A stretch of 64,000 nucleotides of DNA from Eledone cirrhosa (lineage: Eukaryota): positions 82,832,001 to 82,896,000 of the forward strand of contig OZ024740.1 of assembly GCA_964016885.1 (NCBI GenBank). The letters are read 5' to 3'. This document shows, piece by piece, positions 27,929-41,499 of the stretch. The notes under the pieces are model-generated. The model saw only the letters and a list, made by a program, of their open reading frames with translations. It was not told the DNA's origin and did not search any database. A program made the position numbers and the translations under genes. Position 1 is the first letter of the stretch, and each line of letters starts with the position of its first letter.

Positions 27929-29337
27929 CTTTATACTTTCACTCGTGTAGGACACCTCGGTTATTTTTCATTTTGTAAAAAAACTCACTTCCTAATATAT
28001 ATATATATATATATACATAACTACGTATGGGTTATATAGAACATTGGTCAACGGCATTGACCATTCGTTTGCTTGCAAACGAATGGAATATTATCATAAA
28101 TGTTCGATATAACCCATACGTACATATATATATGTGTGTGTGTGTATATATGTGTGTCTGAATGTTTGTGCGCGAGTATGTCTGTGTGTGCGCGTGTGTG
28201 TATGCGTGTGTGTCTGTATGTATATGTGTGTACGTAATCATAGTTACATATATGCATCTCCTGTGCTAGAGCTAGAAATACATTTCTATTATTCTTTATA
28301 TACATATATAATCCCAAGTTAAAAGCGGTTGTTCATCGAGCAATCGACCGACTATAGTGTAACAGAGGTAAGCATTTCACATCGGGACTAACTTATGATT
28401 TTATATATGAGATATCAGAGAGTTACAATATTACAAAATAAGGAAGAGAGTTATCACGTATACTTCTTTATATGAGTACAGTTGACAATAGGATGTAATA
28501 TACTGAGGATATATGAGTGATAACGGCTACTGCCTTCTTGTTATATTATATAATAATCGGGCGAAAAAAGATACTCTTCAACAAACCTACTTGGCGCAAA
28601 ATCAATTTTTAACATTCACGTGACCTCTACCGACCAATCAAAATTGTTTTGACCACAAGAATTTTTGCAACACGAATTGGCGCGAAACTTATTTTAATAC
28701 CTCTGGAGCCACTTTTTTCACATAAAACAGGTAGAATTTCCAATACTAATCAGATTAGAGCAAACATCACGGGCGTTCTATCTCAAAATTATTTTTGATA
28801 AGCATTAGAAATGCGCAACCGGTAAAAACTTAAAACTAAAACTGAATACTAACCAATACGTATTACTAATTTGTACTTATTCCTAATTAAACTATTTTTC
28901 ACTGGGAACAATTTGTCAGCATTTTCTTTTCCTTTTACCAATATATATATATACATTTAAATTTCGTGGTTTATCATTGGGTAGAATTGGTCATTCCGCA
29001 ATGTTAAACATGTCGTAATATGATAAAAGCACTCGATGGTATGCAACCCATCCATCGCTGTCGGAATGACAATAAAACCATACTGCCTCGTTCGTCTCTG
29101 AGTCAAAAACATAACATAAACACATTTTTTTTCTATTATTTTTTTTTTGCTAATTTATTTGATTGTTTTCTTAAGGTTTACCTTCTTTCCGTTGCTATAC
29201 GTCTATCTATCATGCAATTTACAACTGAAGATGTCACCAGCTTCTTATACAACCTGGACACTGAAATATGCATAGTGCTTGCAGAAATAAATGATTAAGG
29301 AAACTATTCTGGCCTCCTAATTTTGCTTTTGAATATG

Positions 29338-29414
<77 letters not shown>

Positions 29415-29579
29415 GTATATAGTAATAATAAATGGGAAGATTAAAATCGGAAGAGGGTTCTATAAGGATTATACATACAAAACGGTATAGCAAATATTTG
29501 TCATAAGAACAGAATACATTTCAGAAGACCCCCTTAATGTTGAAAGCAACGATTCTTTTCTTAATCTTTAATCTGTTCC

Positions 29580-30474
29580 TACAATAGACAAACTATCTGG
29601 TTCTCTCCCCCTTCTCACTCAACGTTAAAACTAATGTAAGAAAAAAATGTCTAGCCCTCTTAGATAGACACTTTCCCATAGGTCATAAATACCGCTCCAT
29701 CTCTAACCTACACAAAGTTAAACTAAGATACTCTTGCGCTAAGAACATGAAGGCCCACATCACCAGCAGCCCTAGGAGCAACACTCCACCAGGGTGCTCT
29801 TGCCGTAAGCCTGAAGCTTAGCCCCTTCAACAGCAATGCAACACACCAGCTGTAATTTACGAAGCTGTGGTCACTTCCAACCGACCAAACGCCATGCCCA
29901 CATAGGTCAAATCCTATGTGGGCATGGCGGAGGGCCGATTTGAGGAACGTTTCCTGAACCCCCAGTCTAACTTCAGATACCCGGATAGACGTTCATCCAC
30001 GAAACTCGCGGGCCACATATGGTCCCTCAAGAACTCATGTATAGACTACTCCATTCAATGAAAAGCCATCACTAAGTCCAAGCCATACGCAAGGGGCAAT
30101 CCGTCGTGTGGATTATGTATTGACGAACGAATAACTATTCTAAAGAGATTACGCAATAGTGATTGCTGAAACACGAGAAGTGAATTTTTCACACGTCCAC
30201 ACGTCGCCAAATATCTATTGTATAACTACAAGGCTCTGGACTGATTCTTTGTAATTTTATTTTTCAACTAAAATCTTTTCGGAGTTTCACACTTATCTCC
30301 CTTACACCTCTCGCACGCATTCTAGTATTGCCTGTGTGAAGTGATCGGGTTTCTGCGCATGCGCGTTCGTACGGTTGTCCATCCTGTTCCCATAATCATG
30401 CCCATTCCGAGCTGAGGATCCGCTAAGGTGAAACAATTGTTCTCGGTATGGTGAACTAACTGTTATGTAACCAC

Positions 30475-30480
<6 letters not shown>
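29580..30480 (+). mobile_element. 5'-truncated PLE (GIY-YIG region plus 3' end), degenerate
   Basis: IWFSPPFSLNVKTNV..LLDRHFP..KVKLRYSC..CSCR..PL..C..VIYEA..SYVGMAE..F..R..TKLAGHIW..CGLCIDE..NTRSE; followed by a hammerhead and (TA)n. Confidence 0.82.
30402..30451 (+). ncRNA. minimal type I hammerhead ribozyme
   Basis: CCATTCCGAG-CTGAGGA-TCCGCTAAGGT-GAAA-CAATTG-TT-CTCGGTATGG; stem I CCGAG/CTCGG, palindromic stem III ACAATTGT. Confidence 0.78.
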
Positions 30481-30518
<38 letters not shown>

Positions 30519-30777
30519 GTGTGTGTATGTGTGTATGTGTGTATCTATATATAGTGAGTGATAGATATAGGGATAGTTAGATAGATTGAAAGAGAGAGAC
30601 ATAGAGAGAGAGAGAGAAAGATGAGGAAGTGGAGGTTTCATTATTTTGAGAGATTAAAAGCGACATATGGATTAACTGTTTCTGAGTGGTTAAAGTAACG
30701 ATACTGTGATAGACCACCTTGCTCAGCTTCATGTTCGGAGAAATGCTTTCGCATAGTTATTTTGTGATCTTAGCGGT

Positions 30778-31158
30778 TGTAGCGCCCCCACCCCCTTGTG
30801 GGGGACATCAGAACTAAAGTAAGAGTTGCGTCCCTTTGTGACGATAGTGACCGCTGGTGTCACCTACAGGGGGTAAAAGTAGTTGCGTCCTCTTGGCCAC
30901 TATAAGTAAGAGGCTGAAAAATCAACTCTATCTGTTTGACGCTCGCATCAGCCTCGTTAACAACACACCAGAAGTCAGAGCAAATCCTCAACTCATCAAC
31001 AGCTTAAGGAGACTCCAGCCTCCTCACTATGAATGGTAAAATATATGTACGTTTCATTATTCACTTCTATGAAGTAAACCAATATAAATACACAGTGCTA
31101 TTCTTATTCTTTGTACAATTATAACACAAATATGTTTACTAATACCATCCATTCTAAA
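30778..31158 (+). repeat. 5' LTR
   Basis: TGTAGCGCCCC...CCATTCTAAA, homologous to 35979-36318. Confidence 0.93.
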
Positions 31159-31919
31159 GTGGTTGACCCTGATTATGGAATACACAGCCTTCTAAAAACT
31201 TCTAAAAACTTCTAAAACTTTCTGAAGACTTCTGCTATATGGGTAACCCCATTGAATTATTTAATATTCTTGAGCACCGTTTCCTTGCTCTTTAGAACAC
31301 TCCAACATTATTTTGAAACGCAACCTTCGAACATTGAACATTTTGCAACCATCTGATACAGCATTCGACTCTACGAAGCCTTCATAGCAAATGTATTATT
31401 TCTTTCTTTTAACAAGCAGTTACCTAAGAGAAACATACAACATATAAAAAAAAAATTATGACGAAACTAATACTTTATTTCTTGCAACTATGCGATAAAA
31501 CGAAATTGAAAATTAATAGACAAAAAAAAAACAAAAAGTAAAAATTCGCTATTTCGCACTTAAGTGTGAAATAGCGAATTGTGAATTTTTTTGTTAACTG
31601 TTCGTTTAACAAAAAAATTGACAATGCCTGACTTGTCCACCAATTTCCCCGCCATTTGTCTTTCTTCTCTGAAATGCAGCCATCTGATTGGCTAAGACGC
31701 ATCATGTGATGCCATCTCCTCCAATTTGAAAAAAATCAAAAAACATTTAATTTTCCTGCCTTGAAATTCACCAGATAGTTTTGTTTTTTGTCCTTCTTTC
31801 TTCATGGATGTTGAGGGAAAGTTGTGTTGTTTTCCAGTTATTCCAAACATCTAACACACTTGCATTTCTTTACTTGGATATCATTTAGTATTTTTATGTA
31901 GAACTGATACATGCAAATT

Positions 31920-33148
31920 ATGAATAGTCCTAATGTATCTGCGATCTCCGGTGATCCCAAGCTCTGGTTTGCGCAACTGGAATTAAATATTTTGCTGCAA
32001 ATGGAATTAAAACAGAGCAGAAACTCAATGTTTTGATTAGTGGTATACCTTCGTCGCTGGCCACCATGGTGAAATATTTAATAACGGACCCGCCAACCTG
32101 TACTTCGTATGATTCGTTAAGGACAGAAATATTAAGGAGAAACTGCCGTTCTGCTGAAAGCAGGTTTCGTGCATTATTGGAGCACGATCACGACAGGTCA
32201 CAGTCCGAATGTTTACGCCATATTCGGGACCTCAGTGAATCGCCCGATGAGGATAGTTCATTTATCAAAAAGCTATTTTTCTCTCGCTTGCCAAACAATG
32301 TCCAGTTTATATTGGCTAATATAGTGGACTCGAGTTTGGTGGAGCAGATCGCTGAGTCTGCCGATCGAATTGTGGAATTCTCTAGGAAAACTACCTTGTC
32401 GGACTCGCTTGGTGCCTCTTCGACCTTTCCGAACCAGCCCGTCTCGACACAGGAGGATGCCATGTTGAAGGCAAGTGACGCATTGACGCGCCAAGTAGCG
32501 AAATTATGTAGGGAGAGTAGGCCATCCTCCAGGCGGCTAAGAAGTTGTTCGCATTCCTTCGCGACTTCACGCCGTAACCCCAGTTCGCTCGCCAGCAATT
32601 CGTCTTTTTGCTGGTATCATGCCACTTTCGCTGATAAAACAAAACACTGCCGGCCACCGTGTAACTATTCAACTTCGGGAAACACAAACCCTGAGTCACT
32701 GAAGGCGGCAGCTGATCTCTGTGCTACACACCCAAATCGCCACTTCTTTATTGAGGACCTCCTGTCCGGAAGATCTTTCCTCGTAGATACGGGAGCCTCC
32801 TGCTTCATTTGGCCGGTGAACCGTGTTAAAGTAACTCCCCCTGAGTCATCAATGAATCTACAAGCTGTCAATCATTCACCGATACGGACATTTGGACAAA
32901 TCTCGCTTCCTCTGCAATTCAGAAATCTTCGACGAGAATTCAAATGGATTTTTACGGTTGCTTACCTACCATATCCGATCTTGGGAGCGGATTTTATACA
33001 CCATTTTGCATTGACGGTGGACGTCCGTGACCGATTTGTAGTAGACAGCATTACTGGTTTTTCTCTTCGTGGCCAGAAAGCTAATTTTCCAACGGTTAGC
33101 CCGACCCCCTTCATCGCTAATGCTGGGAATGCTATCATGCATTGTTGA
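31920..33148 (+). pseudogene. gag: gag and aspartic protease
   Basis: DPKLWFAQLE, CWYH..C..PC knuckle, FLVDTGAS, ILGADF. Confidence 0.88.
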
Positions 33149-33257
33149 ATTCTTTCCCACAGCTTACTCAGGGAAATTTTCGAGTTGTCGAACCGACTCA
33201 CTCAACCGTACACTTCATATCCACTACTGATGCTCCAGTGTTTCCCGTCCTCGCCGT

Positions 33258-35820
33258 TTGCCTGCGGACAAATTGAAGGCAGTACGGTGCGAGTTAGATC
33301 ATATGCTCCAGCTAGGCATACATCGCCCGTCTACGAGCCCTTGGGCTTCTCCGTTGCACATGGTACCCAAGACTTCTGACGACTGGAGAACTACTGGGGA
33401 TTATAGGAAGGTAAATGCTATAACTGTCCCGGATAGAAATTCTATTCCACACCTGCAATATTTTGCATCGTCGTTGCAGGGATGTAAAGTGTTCCCAAAG
33501 CTCGATTTGGTGCGAGCGTATCATCAGATTCCTGTCAAGAAAGAAGATATTCCGAAAACGGCCATTACGACTCCATTTGGATCATTCGAATTTCTTACCA
33601 TGCCTTTCGGACTTAGGAATGCTGCTAGCACATTTCAACGGTTCATGGATGAGGTCACTCGTGGTTTAGACTTCGTCTACACTTATATTGATGATCTGCT
33701 TATTGCTAGTTCCTCCAGAGAAGAACATATACATCATTTGAATCTTTTGTTTTGTCGACTCAAGGATTACAGTGTTCAAATAAATCCCACAAAATGTGTT
33801 TTCGGTGCGGAATCACTGATTATTTTAGATCATGTCATTGACTCCGAGGGTATTCGACCTCTCTCTCAACGAGTTCAGACTATAGAGGATTTGCCTCCGG
33901 CGACCTCACTTCGTCATTTGCGACAATTACTAAGACTGATAAATTGTTATAGACGTTTTGTTCTGAATTGTGCTAATCTACTCTTCCCTCTTACTGAGAT
34001 TCTGAAAAATCGCCGCAAGAAATACAGGGAAATCCCTTTGACTCAGATTCAGCTCGAGGATTTTCAAAAAGCCAAATCAGCATTGGTTAGTGCATCTTTG
34101 CTGGCCCACCCAGTGTCCAATGCCAAGCTTTCGCTTTGTGTTGATGCGTCGGATACTGTAGTGGGGGCAGTCTTACAACAGAGTAGTGACGATCACCAAC
34201 AACCATTGGAATTTTTCTCCAGGAAGTTGAAGCCTGCAGAAACTCGCTACAGCACCTTTGGTCGGGAGCTGTTAGCCAACTACTTTTCCGTGAAACATTT
34301 TTCACATATGCTCGAAGGAAGGTGTTTTACAATCTACTGACCATAAACCTTTGACCTTTGCTTTAAGGGCAAAGTCCGACAAGTACTCGCCCAGAGAAAC
34401 AAGGCATCTCGACTTTATCTCGCAATTTACAAATGACATCCAACACATTCCAGGCTCATTGAACACAACGCCCTGTCTCGATTGCCGATCAGATCGATTG
34501 CGTCATCCCACGACATCGATTTAAATCACTTGGCAGCAGACCAACATGGACTGGAATCGTTGGATATTACATCAATCGAATTTGCGACGAGTAATTTGAA
34601 ATACCTGCCATTGCCCACCGCAGACGGACAGATTCTTTGCGACGTTTCCTTGGATTCACCGAGACCATTCGTCCTGCTAAACCATCGTCGTACTATGTTC
34701 CTTGCTTTACACAGCATTTCCCACCCAGGATCTTCTGCCACAGTAAAGCTCATAACAGCCAGATTCTTCTGGCCAAATATGAGGCGCGATAGTACTGCTT
34801 GCTGCCGTTCCTGCATCGGTTGCCAGAAATCGAAAATCCATAAACACGTTAAGGCTCCGCTCGGTACTTTCAGTACACCGGACGACCGTTCCCAGCACAT
34901 TCATGTGGACATCGTGGGACCTTGGCCAGTCAGTGGTGGTCATACTTATCTATTGACTGTTATTGATCGTTTTTCGCGATGGCCTGAAGCCATCTCCTTG
35001 AAAGACATCTCTGCTGAAACGACAGCGCGTGCCTTAGTATCAGGATGGATTCCTCGCTTTGGAGTGCCAACCACGATTACAACGGACCGTGGAAGACAGT
35101 TTGAATCGAATCTCTTCTATGAATTAACGAAGATCATGGGTGAAAAACGCATCCGAACAACTTCGTATCATCCTGCATCTAACTGAATGTCGGAGCGTTT
35201 CCACCAACAACTAAAAGCCGCTCTACGGACTTCTTCTGACTCTACGCGTTGGAGCGAGTACCACCCTATTATGTTTTTGGAGATTCTGTCATCAATAAAG
35301 GTGGACCTTGGGTTCTCCCCGGCCGAATTTTTGTATGGTGCTCCTCTAGCGTTGCCTGGGCAAATCCTTGCCCCTGGCGATCTTGCCACATACGATCCGA
35401 TTTCGTACGTGTCCCGTATACGTTCATTATTTCCAGGATCTGCCACCGATGGACACAAGGAAACAAACTGTAAAAACTGCATTCCCGAGGGATATTGCCT
35501 CGTGGACCCACGTGTTCGCGAGGAACGATGCTGTGAGACCTCCTCTCACACAGCCGTACTCTGGACCCTACCGTGTATTAGCCCAAACTAATAAACATTT
35601 CACAGTAGACATTGGTGGTTCCAGAGAGACGGTTTCTATCCTTAGACTTAAGAGGGCTCACACAGATGCTCACAACCTGAGCCACAAATGCCCCCATCTT
35701 TCTCCTTCCCATACACACCTGCTCCTACTTCCCCACCTTCACCTAGATACAAGACCGCGACCCGTTCCGATCGAAGAGTCCACTGGCCCAAAAGATTCTG
35801 CCAAACTTTCTTGTATATGA
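33258..35820 (+). pseudogene. pol: pol (RT, RNase H, integrase) with stops and frameshifts
   Basis: [53 protein letters not shown]. Confidence 0.92.
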
Positions 35821-35978
35821 ACTGGCCACTATAGCCTTTTTGTTTGCTTTTTCATTGAACTATGTATGCATGTATTTTTTGAATTTGGGTTACTCTTTCA
35901 TGCCTGTGCTTGGATCCCATGCTTGTGGATTCGCTACAGTTACCTGCGGGTTTTTTACCTATCGTCTGGAGGATGGTA

Positions 35979-36318
35979 TGTAGCGCCCCACCCCCTGGTG
36001 GGTGACATCAGAACTAAAATAAGAGTTGCGTCCCTTTGTAACGGTAGTGACCCCTGGTGTCACCTACAGGAGGTAAAATGAGTTACGTCCTCTTGGCCAC
36101 TATAAGTAAGAGGCTGAAAGATCGACTATCTCTCCTTGACGCTCGCAGCAGCCTCGTTAACAACACGCCAGAAGGCAGAGCAAATCCTCAACTAACCATC
36201 AGCCTAAGGAGACTCCAGCCTCCTCACTATGAAGTAAACCAGTATAAACACACACTGCTATTCTTATTCTTTGTACAATTGTAACACAAATATGTTTACT
36301 AATACCACCCATTCTAAA
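35979..36318 (+). repeat. 3' LTR
   Basis: Homologous to the 5' LTR but lacks a ~40 bp segment. Confidence 0.93.
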
Positions 36319-37053
36319 CGGTACTTAGATTTCTTGTCAGATATCCAGCCGGAATCAAACATCTTCTTCCTACCGACATGCATAATGGGCATTGTGATAA
36401 TTGATACCTTTCTTCATTCGAATTGTCATTATATCAAAAATAAAAGAAAACTAAGAGACATAAAAATAGCTCTTATATAATATATATTCATTTCATATAA
36501 GGGGTGCCCTCTTATTAAACCGTGTCCTACATTTGCAGAAAATGTTTAGTTTCATAATCAGTAAGTATACTTACATACTGAAATCGAACAGAAATTTGAA
36601 ACAAAAAAAAATCATATAATTAGTTCTTCATAAGAAAAAGAGTAACAGTTATAGGTGTGTTTGAATTAAATTATATTCCGCTGTTATACCTCCTAGATAT
36701 AAAAAAAAAAGACGAGAGAAAGAAACGATACATCAATTATATTCATAGTCCACAGAATTGATCAATAATTGCAATTCGTTGTTATGTTTTCTTTAACATG
36801 ATGCATACTGCACGAAATACAAATTAGTCAATTACAGAATTGTCTCTCATCTACTCAGAAGCTGAAATATATTTCTGGTTCATTGTTTTGAACAAATACA
36901 ATAAAAAGAAAACTTCTTTAGACTAGACGAATCGATAAATTTCAAATCGACTTCCTTTTATAGGTAATGCTTTTGTTTGTTCAAAGTACATGCCACACCC
37001 GTTTAGATATAGACATACGTCTATATTTACTCACAATAGAGAAAAACACACAG

Positions 37054-37103
<50 letters not shown>

Positions 37104-37107
37104 GCAC

Positions 37108-37142
<35 letters not shown>

Positions 37143-37706
37143 AAAACTTCAGTAACATAGTCATTATTTGCAAACATATAATTACACACATGTATGCGCA
37201 GTGTATAGATTTGTTAGAGACACACTCTCATTCGATTGCAATTTTCGACAAAAAACAAATCTTATGTTCTGCCGAAGCAAAACATTGGTAGTCTTAGTAT
37301 GTTTATTTTGCACTTAAGACAGTTACTGCGAAAGTGAACTACACAAACAACATTGGTCATAATTGTTATTTTTTTCCTTTCAAAATAGATGTATATTATT
37401 GAACGAATTCACTACCTGATTCAAGTATAGAAACTTTAAATTTGAAGAGAGTTTATGTATACGATGAAGGCAATCATACAGTAAAAATTAGGAAATGTAA
37501 TTTGATTACATATCATTACTATATTTAATATGTTACAAGATTCAGAAATATGATGCAAATTATTATTAGGCAATGAAATATACAATAATAGATCCCTTGG
37601 ACTTTTATAGATATTGTGTAGATTAATGCGGTATTTTTATCCACGTTTAGAGATATACAAATATTTTGTTTGGCTGACATAAGCGTGTTAAATAGACACA
37701 TACACG

Positions 37707-37835
<129 letters not shown>

Positions 37836-38722
37836 ATGGGTTTGAGAAAGAGATAACGAGTGTCTGCGTGTTTCTATATATATAGATATAGTAGAATTAT
37901 CGAGTATCGAAAAATCGGCGCACGAGTTCACGATAAACAAAATTAGAGATGAGCGGCAGAGGGCTCCATAATTCAGATAAATCAGAACTATAACTATCGT
38001 TAAACTACCGTCACACGTAGAATATGTCTACAATCAACCATACGACCGAAAAATTGCGATATGGAAGATTCGGGACACTCAGATAAATTATCAATAAATC
38101 AATAAATCAAATGAATGTAAAAAGCATACCCGGACCCGCTAGAGAGATGGTAAATCTAGCTTCTTGGGTTTCTGTAAATCCTTAAACTGTCCTCTATCAG
38201 CTCACATAAAAATATAAGACTTCTAGACGCCAGCGGACTGGAGTTTACTTCTTCAACGAGCTTTAGTCCGAACGAATGAAAAGGCAAAAACCCAGGTTGA
38301 AAATACGCACATGGATTTCAGCAAGGGAGATAACCTTTATATCCGCAAAAAATATTCGGGAAAATGTGGAATAACACATATCGAATAAGAGTGCTCAATA
38401 GACATGTTAAAATAAACAGGAGCTATTCATCATTTAATAGAATCGACAAAAAATGAACAATAAAATTAACTGGTCAATAGCTAGGTCTAGAGCTAAATAT
38501 AGTAGAATAATCGAGTATATAGATATATACAAATATATATACATATATATATATAATCATGCGCACATACACTCACACACATATATGTGTGTGCCTGTGT
38601 GAATGTGTTTGAGTGTGTGTGTGTGTGTATATGCAGGTGGGCACAAACTAAAGCAGAGGATATCAATGCAATGGCAAATTTGTGAATATGTATATTTGTT
38701 AACAATTTCAATTAAATCCGCA

Positions 38723-38905
38723 TTGGCAATATCGGCAGAGGGTCGGACTCCATGCTTTGCACCGTAGGGTTACGGCCATTTACGGTCTGAGTTCGAATCC
38801 CGCAGACGTTACCTATGTCTTTCATCCTTATGGCTCGATAAAATAAAGCACCAGCAACGCACTGGAATAATTCGTGGCAGTGTGCCAAATGTAGAAACAA
38901 TTATT
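38723..38905 (+). mobile_element. SINE
   Basis: A-box TGGCAATATCGG, B-box GTTCGAATCC, core and tail. Confidence 0.85.
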
Positions 38906-39239
38906 ATATGAAAACGTAATTAGATTAGTAGAAGCAACAAAAATCGGTGTGCGTGAAAATGCCACCCCTTAACTATTACTCCTGAATTCTGGGTAATGAA
39001 CGGAAGAGACCTATCGAGAAAAATAAGCGGCCGAAATGGGATCCCTCTGAAGGGTGTGTCGATGGGCCAACAATGAGTTACTCCAGGAGGAGCTGGTATT
39101 TTTACTAATAGAGAGATTACCGTTTTCCGTACTACGGGTATATGTTTAGAATGTCTCAAGAAAAAATCGCTGGACTGATTTTTAGGGCAAAACCAGCCGG
39201 CACCTGTCACAGTGGGTGACCCGAAAAATATGGTTTGAT

Positions 39240-39473
39240 AACATATATGATATTGGTTAATGTTGCTCGAGGATTCAACCGGCTTTATTGCTGACAGCAG
39301 AACCTGCTGAAAGGCGTTTAGAGATTCTGTACCGACACAACTCCTAGGAATAGTAAGGCAAAAAGAAGCAAATTGCCAATGAAGGCACAGCAAAGAAGAA
39401 GAAGAAGAAGAAGAAGAAGAAGAAGAAGAAGAAGAAGAAGAAGAAGAAGAAGAAGAAGAAGAAGAAGAAGAAG

Positions 39474-39504
<31 letters not shown>

Positions 39505-39543
39505 TATATAGGGCGCATTTGTATTCATGAACATTCTGAAAAT

Positions 39544-39574
<31 letters not shown>

Positions 39575-39680
39575 CAACAAATCAGTGTTTCCAATTAATT
39601 GCTTAATAAACTCCTTCTTTCCAGATATAGGTACATCCTTACGTGATGAGGAGATATTAAAGTAGTCCATCCTTTCCATG
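39240..39680 (-). mobile_element. probable PLE ORF N-terminus interrupted by microsatellites
   Basis: SRKDVPISGKKEFIKQLIGNTDLLVRR and LNAFQQVLLSAIKPVE resemble the N-terminus of this PLE type. Confidence 0.45.
39393..39503. repeat. (GAA)n microsatellite
   Basis: Direct reading. Confidence 0.95.
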
Positions 39681-39699
39681 TCGGCTCAGGTCGCTGACT

Positions 39700-40635
39700 T
39701 TGGAATTTTTTTTTTAACCTAGAAGATTACCTGAACTTGCTGGAGTTTTCATGATGAAGCTCATGTTACCGAAACCTAAACAATAGAGTCAGGACAAATC
39801 AGATTTCGAATAGACATAACTTCTAGACAACCAATAAGTTACACAAGAAGGTTTGATCACGCTCAGTTTTGTGTTATAATCCATCAAAATCAACTGGAAT
39901 TAGGAAGAACTTAGCTTGCCCTTTTTTTAACGCACTTGATAAATGCTTTCTGAGATCATACAAATACAGTAACATCTTTAACCGACAAACAATTAAACAT
40001 TCCTACTCGACTACTAAAAATATTGACAAAATCTTGCTAAAATTAACATAGAAATATTAGTATTTAACATAGGAAAATGATTCACAATAATAATCATAGA
40101 ATTACTAATGGAATTAACAACATCTCAAATAACAAATACTTCCATTAACATAGATGTGGGATATCTACTGACTATGAACATAGAGTGGGAAATTTAAATA
40201 GCAATAATAACGGAATTAATTGTAATTGTAAAAACCGTAATATTTGCCCACTTAATAATAACTGTCGTCATTGTAACTTTGTTTTAAATGCATAGTTGAA
40301 ACGAATAATACGTATTATAGTTATATTGGTGTAACTTCTTTTAAATTTAAAGAAAGGTGATATAACAATCGATACTCGTTTAAAAGAAAATATTAAATAT
40401 TTAGTACGCCCCTCTCTGAGATGATTTGTCGCTTAAAAATAATAATATTGAATATTCCCTTTCATGGCAGAAAGTTTCTCGTGATGAGACTTATGAAAGT
40501 GCATCTATATGTAAGGGATGTGAGCAATTGCGCACATCATTCAAAATGGGTATTTAATTATAAATAAACTATCTGAAATATTCAGTTCTTGTCTTCATAA
40601 TTTTACCAAAACGTTTCATAGCGTATTTAGTTAAA
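39700..40635 (+). mobile_element. PLE 3' fragment (GIY-YIG), decayed
   Basis: YNPS..FFNALDKCF..IFNRQTIKHSYSTTKNI; NCNCKNRNICPLNNNC; YIGVTS. Confidence 0.72.
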
Positions 40636-41306
40636 ATTAAAATAAAATTTAATTAGAATATTAAATAAATAATATACAATATTTTCTTTTTATATATATA
40701 TATTTTTTTATATTTTTTTTATATATACCTTTTCTGCTATTTTATTTATAAATCGTTAATAAGCTAAATAAAACAATTAAGTATTATAATATTACTTCAT
40801 CATAACTTTTACATCTATTTTAACTTTAAGTAGTATATAAACGAAGTAATCTTAAATGTTTCATATAAATTGACATATTAGGCAATAATACATACATTTT
40901 TTTCTTTTTAAGTAATTAGGGTAGAAACAATTCTTTTGAACTAATTTATTAATCCCATATAAGGATAACGTAGCCAGTTATAAATTAGCAAAGCCAATTG
41001 TTAGATATTTTCCGTTCTCATAATCTCCTTATAATATATAACCAGCAATTTCTCTGTCTGTCTGTCCGACAGTTGAAACACGTGCGCGCGTGGTTGCTAT
41101 CTCTCTCTCTCCAACTATCCTTTTCTTTTAGTCTGTCTGTTTCTCTCACTCTCACTCTTTCTCTTTGTAACACACTAACATTCCTCCCCTCTATCGCTGT
41201 GTCGAATGGGGAGATGGAGGAGGAGGAGGAGGAGAGAGTCACTTCGTCACTTCACCTCTTCCTTTCTTTCGCTGCCCTCTCACTCCCACATTACGTACAT
41301 ACATTA

Positions 41307-41499
41307 GGGCGGTGGATTGGCAGAATCTGTAGAGAGTCGGACACCATGCTTCACAGCATGGAGTTACGTCCCTTTACGGTCTGAGTTCAAATACCGCCGA
41401 GGTTAACTTTGCCTTTCATACTCACGGGGTCGATAAAATAAAGTACCAGTAATGTACTGGGTAATTGCTGGCCTTGTGCCAAAAGTAGAAACAATTATT
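41307..41499 (+). mobile_element. SINE, full length
   Basis: GGCGGTGGATTGGCAG...GAAACAATTATTA. Confidence 0.9.

Larger units (their letters stand above)
30778..36318 (+). mobile_element. full-length degenerate Ty3/Gypsy LTR retrotransposon
   Basis: Two LTRs; 4 bp TSD CGGT (30774-30777 and 36319-36322); PBS-like TGGTTGACCC at 31160; purine-rich tract before 35979; gag-PR-RT-RH-IN order. Confidence 0.95.

Noticed and set aside
29810-30175. In-frame stops in a Naiad-like PLE read as selenocysteine
   Set aside because: The TGAs fall at positions expected to be Trp or Leu, TAG stops also occur, and I saw no SECIS; ordinary decay.
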